Shown here: one piece after another, positions 50,831 to 62,999 of the stretch | Layout: each line of letters opens with the position of its first letter | How positions within the stretch are numbered: the stretch's first letter is position 1 | Origin: Dendrobates tinctorius | Taxonomy: Eukaryota | Assembly (NCBI RefSeq): GCF_039654945.1 | Contig: NW_027361688.1 | Span: forward strand, 12,896,001 to 12,960,000 | Direction of reading: 5' to 3' | Length of the DNA: 64,000 nucleotides | Made by a program: the position numbers and the translations under genes | Notes under the pieces: generated by a model | What the model was told of the DNA's origin: nothing | Databases searched by the model: none | The model's input: the letters and a program-made list of their open reading frames with translations, nothing else

Positions 50831-53800
50831 GAGAGCAGCAAAGAACAAACATTCAATTTTTCAATTTTAGAATTAATAAAGAAAAGATATAGTGCTTTCA
50901 GAAATCAAAAAGGTGAAATAAGAAAGAAATATACACACATGGCCCAACAGTACTAGACTAAAAAGGAGAAATCCAAAAGCTGATTTAGATCAGTGATACA
51001 TTTTCTGCGGCAAGGACAATGTCGAAATTAGGACAGATCTACAATTCTCGTTATTTCTTCTGGGTGTGACACTGAGTGTCTATGGATGAGATCTTTTAAA
51101 GGGTCCCATCCAGACCCCTCATCCTGGTCAGGTGAAAGGAGGATGGCTAATGCGGCACACACAGTCAAGTTCAGTGCGCATGTGCAAACACACTGGTAAG
51201 CATTCGCTCTAGGAGTGAGCGCTGGCTATCACAAACTAGGGCCGTCCTCGAGATGTTAGTTGAGGGGGTGTAACTGTGCATCCTGCTCATGGTCACGTCA
51301 TGGGTGCACCGTAGCTCCTCCGTTACCTATGGATTAAAAGTTCTTTTCACAATCACTGGTCCAGTATTATGCATAGTGCTTGTATAATTTTTATAAGGGA
51401 AAAGTCCCCTATATCATGGTATGGTTAGTCTGAAAGGCATTTTGTGAGTGACAGACTTCCTTTAAGATTGTTCAGCAGTTTCATGCAGCGCCTTCCAAAT
51501 AACCCTAACGTTATGTATTCTGTATGACAATTTTAGCCACCGCTATTGTATTAAAGGGAATCCGTCATCAGGTTTTTGCCACCTAATCTGAGAGCAGTAT
51601 AATGTAGGGACAGAGATGCTGATTCCACATATGTGTCACTTACTGGGCTGCTTGCTGTTGTTTTGATGAAATCACTGTCTTATCAGCAGGAGATTATCAG
51701 TAGCGGACCAGTAAATCGGCTGTAGGTAGTCCAGCCACGCCCCCATCACTGATAGGCAGCTTTCTGTGTACATGGGTAGAACACTGCCAATCAGTGGTGT
51801 GGGCGGGGTTATGCAGAGCTCAGCATTTAGAGAACTGTTAAATCTGCTGCAGAGAAAACTGTGATTTTATCAAAATGACAACACCGCAGCTCAGTAAGTG
51901 ATACATCGCTGGAATCAGGCTCTCTACCCTTACATTATGCTGCAAAACATGCCTTACTTTTGTACTTCACTATATATATTTATGGTAACTTGTTCACAAA
52001 ATTGTGCGATCTAAGACTTAGGTGTATAGTAGTTGTTTTTATTTATTGTATTTTTTTTAGATGCCTAGACACCAATGGAACTTTTGGTTTTGGACATATA
52101 AAAATGATTCTGCCCTAATAGTGCCAGTCTATTATCTACAATATGGCTTGGGGCGCTTATATTATAGAGATTAAGGTAATTTGATCAAGTTGTTCTGCAA
52201 TCTGGTGACCTCTATCACAAACTTTGCAAGGGCAGACTGCACGCCGAACCTCCGCACGCTGCCCACAAACGTTGCCTGCTAGTGTATACGGGTGAATATG
52301 CTTTTCTTATAATTATCTTGATTATGTGGCTAAAATGGACCTGCTGGATAACTAGTGCTGAACCCCTGAGGAAGCCACCTTCCTGGCGATACGCGTAGGG
52401 ATATCGCATGCCCCCTAATCCTCCTTGGCTTTTATTGCAGTGTTCTTTTCGCTCATATTTATGATTATTTCTATATTTATAGCTATATTTGATTTGGTTT
52501 ATTATCTGGGACCTTTATATTTTGCATAGATTTTCTTAGCGCTTGTTGTATTTTTTATGCCAGTGGGTTTTCTATCTTATATGATGAGTTAGGGGGTATT
52601 TTTTTTGACCCCCCCCCCAATACTTATGTCGTTTTGAAAGTTGAAATACTTAGTTTTAGGCAGTTATGCTCTTTTTAAATGTTTTTGTTGTTGTTGTTTT
52701 TTTTTTTTTGCCAAATGGATTATTTGTACTGATAGTTTGAGTTAATCAGCAAGTTTTTATTATGTAATCTGACAGCATCATGATGTAGGGGCAGAGACCC
52801 TGATTCCGGCAATGTGTCCCTTTACTGGGCTGCTTGCTGTAGTTTTGATAACATCCATGATTTCACTGCTGTGGATGTAGCAGTCTTCAGAATACTGAGC
52901 CCAGTATAACCCCGCCCACACCACCGATTGGCCGCTTCCTGTGTACACTGTGAACAAGCTGCCAATCAGTGGGGGGGGCGTGGTTGGACTAGGTGGTACA
53001 AAATACCTAGTCCTGCAGTGATAATCTGCTGATAAAACACTGATTGTATTGAAACTAACTTGACTAAGTGACACATCCCTGGAATCAGGTGGAATCAGGC
53101 TCTCTGCCCCTACGCTATGCTGCTGTTAAATAGCCAAAACCCACAGACAGATTCCCTTTTTTCTGCCATTAATGCAGGAAAAGCACCGACTATTATCTCA
53201 CGTACATGGTTCTTATCGAGTTCAAGTTCAGCAAAAACAAGTTTAATGTTGGACTTTAGTCTCCCTCTATTCGTTCCCTAACATCTGATCCTGGCCTCCC
53301 CGCTATACAGTCTGCAGAGGCGTATCGGCGAGGTAATAACGAGCACCTCGCCCACGGGTCCCGCGGATAGGGGCCACATAGAGAGACATTATTACTGGAT
53401 GGGGAACATTGTTAGTAGATGGGGGGCCACAATATTAAAGATATACTGATTGAAGTTTAGGTTGTGAGCCCCGATGGGGACAGAGATGATGAAGTCTGTA
53501 AAGTGCTGCGGAATATGATGGCGCTATATAAGCAAGAAAAAAAATAAGAGAAGGACATTATGACTGTATGGGGGGCACAAAGAGGAATTTTACAATTGTA
53601 CGGGGGCCACAAAAGGGAACCTAAATTAATAATGTATGGGGGCCACAAGGGAGGACACTTATACAGGGAGAAAGGCACAAATAGGGACATCACCACTGCA
53701 ATATATGTCATTTTTGGGCAGAATATAACTAATAATTCCGCCATATAGTGCAGAAGCTGTGTACCGCACACCGTACAGCGCGACGCGGATGATTGGACGC

Positions 53801-54016
53801 ACCCTGGTTATGCAACTGCTTAGCGAGAAGTTATATAAGACGAGTTCTACTGCGCCACCTGGTGGCCACAAAATGTAAAACACAGGGATGGACATTTCAT
53901 AATCAAGTCAATGAAGGAATTGCCATCTATGCCATTTCCTATACACACTCCTGTTCACAAGTCTTTAGTTCATGAATTCATGTTTTTATTTTTGATGTTC
54001 AGGATTGTTGTCAACC

Positions 54017-54198
54017 ATGATGCCCCCCTGGCTTCCAGCTGTTGGGTTCACCATCCTCCCATCAGTAGGGAGCGCCATTGGACAGATTGGAACAGGCGAG
54101 CAAATGAACACCTGGTTTGTGACACTGCGGAAACCAAGATGGGCCCCTCCAAACTGGGTGTTCCCACCGGTATGGGCAACATTAAATACGTCAGTGGG
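54017..54198 (+). CDS. TSPO-like paralog (copy 3), first coding exon
   Basis: Acceptor at 54001-02, ACCATG, 182 nt, MMPPWLPAVGFTILPSVG...WFVTLRKPRWAPPNWVFPPVWATLNTSVG, GTGAGT donor. Confidence 0.93.
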
Positions 54199-54266
54199 GT
54201 GAGTGCGTTGTGAAACTGGAGTGGGATCCACAAATATACGAACAAAGACTTAAAGGGACACTGTGT

Positions 54267-55690
54267 GATTGTACAGGAGGAGGAGGAGGTGAGCTGTGAC
54301 ATCACCTACTGTGAATGGTGGATCCTATGTTATCTACTGTATATAGAGGGGTTATCAGTCATTGTATAGGAGGAGGAGGTGAGCTGTGATATCACCTGTT
54401 GTGAATAGTGGATCCTATGTTATCTACTGTATATAGAGGTGTTATCAGTCATTGTATAGGAGGAGGAGGAGGAGGTGAGCTGTGACATCACCTATTGTGA
54501 ATGGTGGATCCTGTGTTGTCTACTGTATATAGAGGTGTTATCAGTCATTGTACAGGAGGAGGAGGAGGAGGTGAGCTGTGACATCACCTATTGTGAATGG
54601 TGAATCCTGTGTTATCTACTGTATATAGAGGTGTTATCAGTCATTGTACAGGAGGAGGAGGTGAGCTGTGACATCACCTATTGTGAATGGTGAATCCTGT
54701 GTTATCTACTGTATATAGAGGTGTTATCAGTCATTGTATAGGAGGAGGAGGAGGTGAGCTGTGATATCACCTGTTGTGAATAGTGGATCCTGTGTTATCT
54801 ACTGTATATAGAGGGGTTATTAGTCATTGAACAGGAGGAGGAGGTGAGCTGTGACATCACCTATTGTGAATGGTGGATCCTGTGTTGGCTACTGTATATA
54901 GAGGTGTTATCAGTCATTGTACAGGAGGAGGAGGAGGTGAGCTGTGACATCACCTATTGTGAATGGTGAATCCTGTGTTATCTACTGTATATAGAGGTGT
55001 TATCAGTCATTGTATAGGAGGAGGAGGAGGAGGTGAGCTGTGACATCACCTATTGTGAATGGTGGATCCTGTGTTATCTACTGTATATAGAGGGGTTATC
55101 AGTCATTGTACAGGAGGAGGTGAGCTGTGACATCACCTATTGTGATTTGGTGGATCCTATGTTATCTACTGTATATAGAGGTGTTATCAGTCATTGTATA
55201 GGAGGAGGTGAGCTGTGACATCACCTACTGTGAATGGTGGATCCTGTGTTATCTACTGCATATAGAGGTGTTATCAGTCATTGTATAGGAGGAGGAGGTG
55301 AGCTGTGACATCACCTATTGTGAATGGTGAATCCTGTGTTATATACTGTATACTGAGGTATTATCAGTCATTGTACAGGAGGAGGAGGTGAGCTGTGACA
55401 TCACCTATTGTGAATGTTGGATCCTATGTTATCTACTGTATATAGAGGTGTTATCAGTCATTGCACAGGAGGGGGAGGAGGTGAGCTGTGACATCACCTA
55501 TTGTGAATGGTGGATCCTGTGTTATCTACTGTATATAGAGGTGTTATCAGTCATTGTACAGGAGGGGGAGGAGGTGAGCTGTGACATCACCTATTGTGAA
55601 TGGTGGATCCTGTGCTATCTACTGTATATAGAGGTGTTATCAGTCATTGTACAGGAGGGGGAGGAGGTGAGCTGTGACATCACCTATTGT
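54267..55690. repeat. ~88-bp satellite array
   Basis: About 16 units, in the same position relative to the exon as in copy 2. Confidence 0.95.
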
Positions 55691-56094
55691 GCTTTATATA
55701 CTCTATATATAGTTGTAGTCAAAAGTTTTGAGACTGACACAAATTTAGGTTTTTACACTTTGCTGCTTCAGTGTTTTTAGATCTTTAGTCGGATGTTTCT
55801 ACAGTTACTGGGGTACAATTATAAACATTTCAGGCTTTTTTTAAACTTTTATTCACAAATACATTAACGTTTATGGAAAAACTCAATAGTTACATCGTCA
55901 ACCATTTTTTTTTCAGAGTTCGGCTCTTTGCCCCGGCAGCTGGGTATCGGCTTCTGGGGCAAATCCTGACTGATGACCGCCCGTTCTTGTCTCATCAGTG
56001 CTTGGAGGTTTTAACAATTTGTGTTACTTTGTCGTTTTTTGAGAATCAACCACAAGTTCTCTATGGGATTGAGATCTGGGCAGCCTTCTGGTCG

Positions 56095-57205
56095 TTTTAA
56101 TGAAAGACTACACTACACACAGTGTTTAAAGCTTTATTATACTCCTAATCCCATATCGAAGCCATCGTTCTCCTGTAAAAAATTATAAAACAATAAACCA
56201 ACAATATACATACGTGTCCGGCGATCAGTCACGTCCCACGGCGTAATCCATCTCAGGGGTTAATCAGTTTACAGCCGGAGCGCTGCTGATGCGACCGCTC
56301 CAACTGTAAACTACAGGGGAATGAAGGTGAAGCAGCGCGCACAGGCTCAGTGACGTCACCGCTAGTTACAGAGCATGCACCGGCTGCTTCTATTCATTCC
56401 CCAGTAGTTTACAGTCGGAGCGGTTGCATTAGCAGCGCTGCGGCTGTAAACTGATTAACCCCCGACATGGATTTACACCGTGGGACGTGACTGAGCGCCG
56501 GACAGGTATGGATATTGTTGGTTTATTATTTTATAATTTTTTACAGGAGAACGATGGCTTCGATATGGAATTAGGAGTATAATAAAGCTTTAAATACTGT
56601 GTGTAGTGTAGTCTTTCATTAAAATACTTCGTTCTTATTGTGTGTATGTATTCATTTAACCCGTGAATAATTCTAGACTTAGTAATGGAGAGGTGTCTTA
56701 TTGACACCTCTCCATTACTAATCTGGGCTTATACAATAGAAAGGTGACATTAACCCCTTATTAACCCCACTTGCCACCGCTACAGGGCAAGTGGGAAGAA
56801 CCCTATAAAGCCCCCCAGAATAGGCGCATCTAATAGATGCACCTTTTCTGGGAAGCTGTGGGCTGCTGTTTTTAGGCTGTGGGGAGCCAAGATCAATGAG
56901 AATAGCAGCCCCCAGTTGTGATTTTTGCTGGGTTGGTTCACAAACAGAAGGGGACCCCACGTTGGGTTTTCATTCATTCTTTCTCTCCTGCTCGCTGTTG
57001 CCGGCAGAGCAGGAGAGAAGAATGACAGCCGCGTTCAGCACCAGCCGCCGGGGAACAGCGCTTAATGTAGCGCTTCTTCCCCAGCGGCCGTCCGTGTGGT
57101 CCTGATGCGGCACACGGTTGCCACACGGATGTACCACGTATCCACATGGACAGCTCCGGTACCGTTTTTTCCGGTACCGGAATTATCTGGACTTGTGAGA
57201 CTGCC
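56095..57205. mobile_element. Non-autonomous element with a ~230-bp inverted duplication (56095-56325 / 56393-56624)
   Basis: Arms are reverse complements; related to 25200-26620. Confidence 0.6.
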
Positions 57206-57506
57206 CTTACAACCTCCAGGCTGCTCTAATAATTCAGTCACTATGACAGAGTGATATCAGCTGCCTTGTCCTTGTTAACCCTTTCTTCTGTGCTAATGAG
57301 AAAATCACTGAAATGGTGTCAGCAGGTCATTTTGTGGCGAGGAACGTTAATAAATAGAAAAAAGTGGAAAACCCTTTTAAGGCCTACAAAACAAATCAGA
57401 CAATATAAATTTTCTGCCCGTATTATTTTTTTTAAGACCGAAGGCTTTTTATAAATTTTTCTCTTTTAATATTCTACTTGTATTGATTAATTTTTATCTT
57501 TTTCAG

Positions 57507-57645
57507 ATACAGCTCTTATTTGATTTGGAAAGAGTTGGGAGGATTTACTAAAGACGCCGTAGTGCCTCTTGGGGTATATTCCACGTACCTAGCGTTGACC
57601 TGGTCATGGAGTCAAGTTTTTTTTGGTGCCCATAAAATTAAGCTG
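57507..57645 (+). CDS. TSPO-like copy 3, second coding exon
   Basis: 139 nt, AG/GT; YSSYLIWKELGGFTKDAVVPLGVYSTYLALTWSWSQVFFGAHKIKL. Confidence 0.93.
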
Positions 57646-57749
57646 GTAATTCTCTAAATTAATGTCTGAAATTCAGAGCACAGTTGGCGTCCAGTCACTA
57701 GGACAGACCCTTTCAGTAAGAACAGGAATTACACGACTCAACGATCACA

Positions 57750-59240
57750 TGGTGCTATGATATACAGGAATCCGGACACGCAGAGCATCACAGCTATGAT
57801 AGAAAGGAGTCAGGGCGCACACAGCATCACAGCTATGATAGTAAGGAGTCATTACACGCAGAGCATTGCAGGTGTAATAGAAAGGAGCCAGCACATGCAA
57901 AGCATCGCAGCTATGATAGAAAGGAGTCAGGACACGCAGAGCATCACAGCTATGATAGAAAGGAGTCAGGGCGCACACAGCATCGCAGCTATGATAGAAA
58001 GGAGTCAGGACACAGAGCATCACAGCTATGATAGAAAGGAGTCAGAACACACAGTGCACCACAGCTATGATAGAAAGGATTCAGGATACCCAGGGAATCA
58101 CAGCGATGAGAGAAAAGAGTCAGGACACCTAGGACATCACAGTTATGGGAGAAAGGAGTCAGGACACGCTGAGCATCGCAGCTATGATAGAAAGCAGTCA
58201 GGTTCTACTTGCTGGAGCGTATTCATGTTTTTTGGTAATTATATCATACATATGTCTGTGTCATGCAGGATCAGGTTTATGTACCACTTGTTATAAGCAC
58301 GGGACCTTGGATGATGTGTTCTTGTCATTGCAGTTTTTAATAGTGTTTTATTATGCATGTGTCTTTTTGTGGTCTGTTATTTGAATAAAATTATTGTTAT
58401 ATATTTTTCTCATATCAAGGTGTGTGCTATTCTTATACATTGGTCTTTCCCCTTGTTTTTGTTCATGCTATTTGCACAATGCATTACACAGCACCCTATT
58501 AGCTAATATTACCTTATTGGTAGTGCACATATTACATTTACTGTTTAGAAAGGAGTCAGGACACGCTGAGCATCACAGCTATGATAGAAAAAAGTCAGGA
58601 CACGCTGAGCATCACAGCTATGATAGAAAAGAGTCAGGACACGCAGAGCATTGCAGCTATGATAGAAAGGAGTCAGGACACGCTGAGCATCACAGCTATG
58701 ATAGAAAGGAGTCAGGACACGCAGAGCATCACAGCTATCAGAAAGGAGTCAGGACACGCAGAGCATTGCAGCTATGATAGAAAGGAGTCAGGACACGCTG
58801 AGCATCACAGCTATGATAGAAAGGAGTCAGGACACACAGAGCATTGCAGCTATGATAGAAAGGAGTCAGGACACGCTGAGCATCACAGCTATGATAGAAA
58901 GGAGTCAGGACACGCTGAGCATCGCAGCTATGATAGAAAGGAGTCAGGACACGCTGAGCATCGCAGCTATGATAGAAAGGAGTCAGGACACGCTGAGCAT
59001 CACAGCTATGATAGAAAGGAGTCAGGACACGCTGAGCATCGCAGCTATGATAGAAAGGAGTCAGGACACGCAGAGCATTGCAGCTATGATAGAAAGGAGT
59101 CAGGACACGCTGAGCATTGCAGCTATGATAGAAAGGAGTCAGGACACGCTGAGCATCACAGCTACGATAGAAAGGAGTCAGGACACGCTGAGCATCACAG
59201 CTATCATAGAAAAGAGTCAGGACACGCAGAGCATTGCAGC
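57750..59240. repeat. 39-bp minisatellite in two blocks (57750-58200, 58545-59240)
   Basis: Same unit as 48445-49080. Confidence 0.93.
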
Positions 59241-59423
59241 ATGCTGTGTATCTACAGACTGTTCTTAATGCATTGTGAAGCTTTAGGTGAAATTTATAGT
59301 TTGTCCCACATATGAGTACAAGTCCCAAACACTTTCAAATTGCTGGTTGTAATGTCAGGATTTCCTCAATAGTTTGTGTATGCCATTTTGCGCATCTATA
59401 ATTTTACTGGTTTTTTTCTACAG

Positions 59424-59594
59424 GCATTTTTCCAATCTGTTCTTACGACCGGAATCGCAGCTGCTACAGTTGTCATCTGGTGCCCCATTAACAGAACGGC
59501 CGCCTACCTGATGGCCCCCACTGTTCCTTGGATGATAATAGAAACTGTCTGGAGCTATCGGTATTGGAAGGACAACCTAGACAAGACAAAATAG
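59424..59594 (+). CDS. TSPO-like copy 3, last coding exon (protein 163 aa)
   Basis: ctacAG acceptor; AFFQSVLTTGIAAATVVIWCPINRTAAYLMAPTVPWMIIETVWSYRYWKDNLDKTK*; AATAAA at 59803 and 59887. Confidence 0.93.
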   Translation, partial: AFFQSVLTTGIAAATVVIWCPINRTAAYLMAPTVPWMIIETVWSYRYWKDNLDKTK

Positions 59595-60650
59595 AAGTGA
59601 GGATCAGCGTTCCGCCACAACTTTACTGATAAATGAATCTTGTTGAGTTGCAATGCTCCAGCACAGCTGTTAAGAGTGTACGGAGCTGTAACGTTCCAGG
59701 TCTGTACAATGTGTAGCAAACAGCTGATTACCAGAAGGAACCACCGAACAATCAGCCTCCCACCGATCTGATATTGGTGACCTAACTTAAGGATTGGCCA
59801 TTAATAAAGAAGTCCTGATAACCCCTTTAATGCCTTGAACCCAAATCATGTACCGAAAGCATACACTTTATATCTCCTTTTGCATTAATAAAGAATCGCA
59901 AAGAATAAAACTTCAGTCTTGTTATCGGGGACGTGAGCAGCGCTGGACATCCTCTTCAATGTCTCACGTCTATGGCAAGCATAGAAGCCGGCCATCTTTC
60001 TCTACCCTTAACACCTGTCTATATTACAGCCGGAGGCCGTGAAACGCGTTTCAGAACACTGATAGATGGCCGGCTCCTCTGATGTGAGCCAACCGCCTCG
60101 TAGATACCCTAGCGTAAACCTCAAATCAGGAGCCTTGGCGGTCAGCCTGGATATAAGCAGAAGTAAGCCCCCGTCTCGCTTCTGGCTTAATCGCAGCGAA
60201 AACAAATGGGTCAGGTGACTACAATCAAACTGTCCATCCCTTTTCTAGTCGATAGGCGAGTCTTTGGGCGCTCACACCTTACAGTGTCGGAGAAAAGCCC
60301 GATACAAGTGGGTTCAGGTCACTTATAATGTCATGTTTATGAGGGCCTTTAAAATCAGCGCAGAGGCTGCTGTAAGCACAGGGAGCAATAAGTCTATTTA
60401 GGCTCTCACACCTTATGATGTAGGAGAATAGCCCGATATAAGTAGGTTCAGTTACTTATAATATGTTTATGAAGACCTTTAAAATCGGCGCAGAGGCTAC
60501 TGTAAGCACAGGGAGCAAGACGTCTATTTAGGCCCTCACACCATACGATGTCGGAGAAGGGACAAGTGGATTCAGCCACTTATAATATGTTTACAATGGC
60601 CTTTAAAATCAGCGCAGAGGCTGCTGTAAGCACAGGGAGCCATAAGTCCC

Positions 60651-60880
60651 ATGGGCTCAGTGGATAGCACTGCAGTCTTGCAGCGCTGGAGTCCTGGGTT
60701 CAAATCCCACCAAGGACAACATCTGCAAGGAGTTTGTATGTTCTCCCCGTGTTTGCGTGGGTTTCCTCCCACATTCCAAAGACATACTTCTAGGGAATTT
60801 AGATTGTGAGCCCCATCGGGGACAGCGATGATAATGTGTGCAATCTGTAAAGCGCTGCAGAATAAAGATTATTATTATAA
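60651..60880 (+). mobile_element. tRNA-derived V-SINE
   Basis: A box ggctcagtgg, B box ggttcaaatcc, V-domain-like gtttgtatgttctccccgtgtttgcgtgggtttcctcc, (att)n tail; sits at the end of a ~125-bp tandem repeat (60270-60650). Confidence 0.85.
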
Positions 60881-61734
60881 GTCTATTCCATAGACATTTC
60901 TGCGAAAACTAGGTGACCATCTGCCCGCCATTACAGCACTATAAGTGAGAGGACTGCCTACCTGGATTTCTAAATGGCAAGCCTACCCATCTGTCTCTAT
61001 CGAAGCCAAAGCAGAAATCACAGCTACTCGGTATATCCTACACAGAAATACCCTGACGAATGAGGAAGACTCGACGATACGTAGTGTAAGGGTATGTGCA
61101 CACGTATGCAGAAAATTCCTGACAGAAAACCGGACTCCTTCCCAGAAAACGTGCGTTTTTTATGCATTTTTTTCCGGAGCGTCTCCAGTCTCATAGAAAA
61201 TAGTTAGAAATGCGGATTTTTCCGCGAAATTAATGAGCATGCTGCGTTTTCAATATGCACAAAAAGTGCAGAATTCATTAAAATGAATGGGATGCTTCTT
61301 GTAAGCGTTTTTGCCCTAAGAAACAACAAACCACCAATGAGTGAAATAGACGTGACCTTTATTTTTCTGGAACATAAAAAAAGTAACAAGCATGTGTAAA
61401 TCTGAGAAGTGGAGTGCGGTAGATTGCTTACACCACGAGTATTCTGCGTTCTGAACCCATGGACATGCCACCGAGAACTCTCCGGGTTAATACAACTGCC
61501 CGGTGCTAAATAACAGCTGAAAAATATGCAACGTATCAAAGGGTAGCGAGAAAACAGTAGAAATGTCAGCAAAGACCTCATCTCACATAGATATTTTATT
61601 TTAGCAACGTCTCCTCGTTTTCGGTAAAGCCTAAAGTGATGGCAGATGAAAAAAAAAAATGAACCTTAACATGAGATTAGAAAAAAATGCCAATTTCTTG
61701 CAGAAAAACAATGCCACTCTTGTCTAATGTTGTG

Positions 61735-62077
61735 TTAAAAGGGTATTTCAATCTCCGAGATCCTATCCCAATATTTAGTAGCTGTAACAATAGCAAATAC
61801 CTCCAAATAGAAATGTAGCATAGTTCTCCTGATTAGCTATGTCACTTACCTCATGTGCAGGGCATTGCAGTAGCTTAGGGATCCATGGTTATAGTGAGTT
61901 TGTTGTTAACGGTCATAACCATGGATACGTGAGCTACTGCAATGCCCTGCACATGGGATAAGCGACATAGCTAATCAGGAGAACTATACCGCATTTCTAA
62001 TTGGAAGTATTTACTAATATTATTATGATACCTACTACATACTGGGATAGGATCTTGGAGATGAGAATACCTCTAAG
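61735..62077. mobile_element. Palindromic TTAA-AGG (T2/Kolobok-type) MITE
   Basis: ttaaaagggtattt...aatacctctaa with long internal inverted arms. Confidence 0.7.
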
Positions 62078-62307
62078 TATTGCAGCATGCAAGAGAATGG
62101 AGCTCACCCGCAATACCAGACCCGGCCCATAGGCAGGAGTGGCGCCGTTCCAAGAAATAAAGCAGAACATTTATCTGATCCTGGACAACCCCTTCAAAAG
62201 CAGCAATATCAGATTCTTCTGAGCCATGTAGTGGTCTACATCGCTGTGCCTTCTAGATGGCTGTTGTTGGTTGTATCAAGTCCAGGAAGATTAATTTCCC
62301 AGCAGAA

Positions 62308-62459
62308 TTAAAGGATGGCGGTCATGTGGCAATTGTCAGTTTCATCCAAGAACAGAGTGCTGAAGACGTCATTGAAAAAAGTCGGATGGTACTTGCAAGC
62401 CCTGGCGCAATCGGGGTTAAAGTTGACTTCTAGAATTTGGGGACGCATGATCCGTTTAC
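62308..62459 (-). CDS. TTLL12: Tubulin tyrosine ligase-like 12, last coding exon
   Basis: Polypyrimidine + AG; (G)KRIMRPQILEVNFNPDCARACKYHPTFFNDVFSTLFLDETDNCHMTAIL*, matching the TTLL12 C-terminus; syntenic with TSPO. Confidence 0.93.
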
Positions 62460-62921
62460 CTGGAAGGAGAGAGGAAAAAAAAAAAAAAAAAAGAAGGGGG
62501 TTTGAGATCAATCTGAGCTCAAATTGAGAAGAACAGTAGTCGTCTTTTCAGTTCATCCATTATATTTCAGTTTTTATAGCTATTTTCTGCTTGGCGTACA
62601 CAGCTCTCAGGTAGAACTGTGTGTCTCCATGGTTGCAGACTACAAACAAATCCAGCGTAGTCAGGTGCTTCTAATTGATCTCCATTATTTTTCTTCCCCC
62701 CCAGCCCTTTGGTTAGCATATGGGCTTGATAAATTGGACATTTACAGACATGACCATTTTTTTTTATTTTTTTTTATATATTATTTCTTTAAAAAATCAC
62801 CCTTTTCCTAATTCAAACATTATCCATATAGATTTTTATTATTTAAATTATAAAAACTTTAGATTTATTAATATATTTTTCCATTTTATATATATCTAAG
62901 TATTTTCCTAGTGTCTCACAT

Positions 62922-62927
<6 letters not shown>

Positions 62928-62996
<69 letters not shown>
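62928..62996. repeat. (TA)n microsatellite
   Basis: Perfect dinucleotide run. Confidence 0.98.

Positions 62997-62999
<3 letters not shown>

Noticed and set aside
48463-59328. Repetitive ORFs (MIERSQDTQSIAA; EEVSCDITYCEWW)
   Set aside because: 39-bp and 88-bp tandem repeats lying in TSPO-like introns
35470-59594. Naming the paralogs TSPO2
   Set aside because: They are tandem copies within the MCAT-TTLL12 interval; TSPO2 lies at another locus, so orthology is unsupported without a tree
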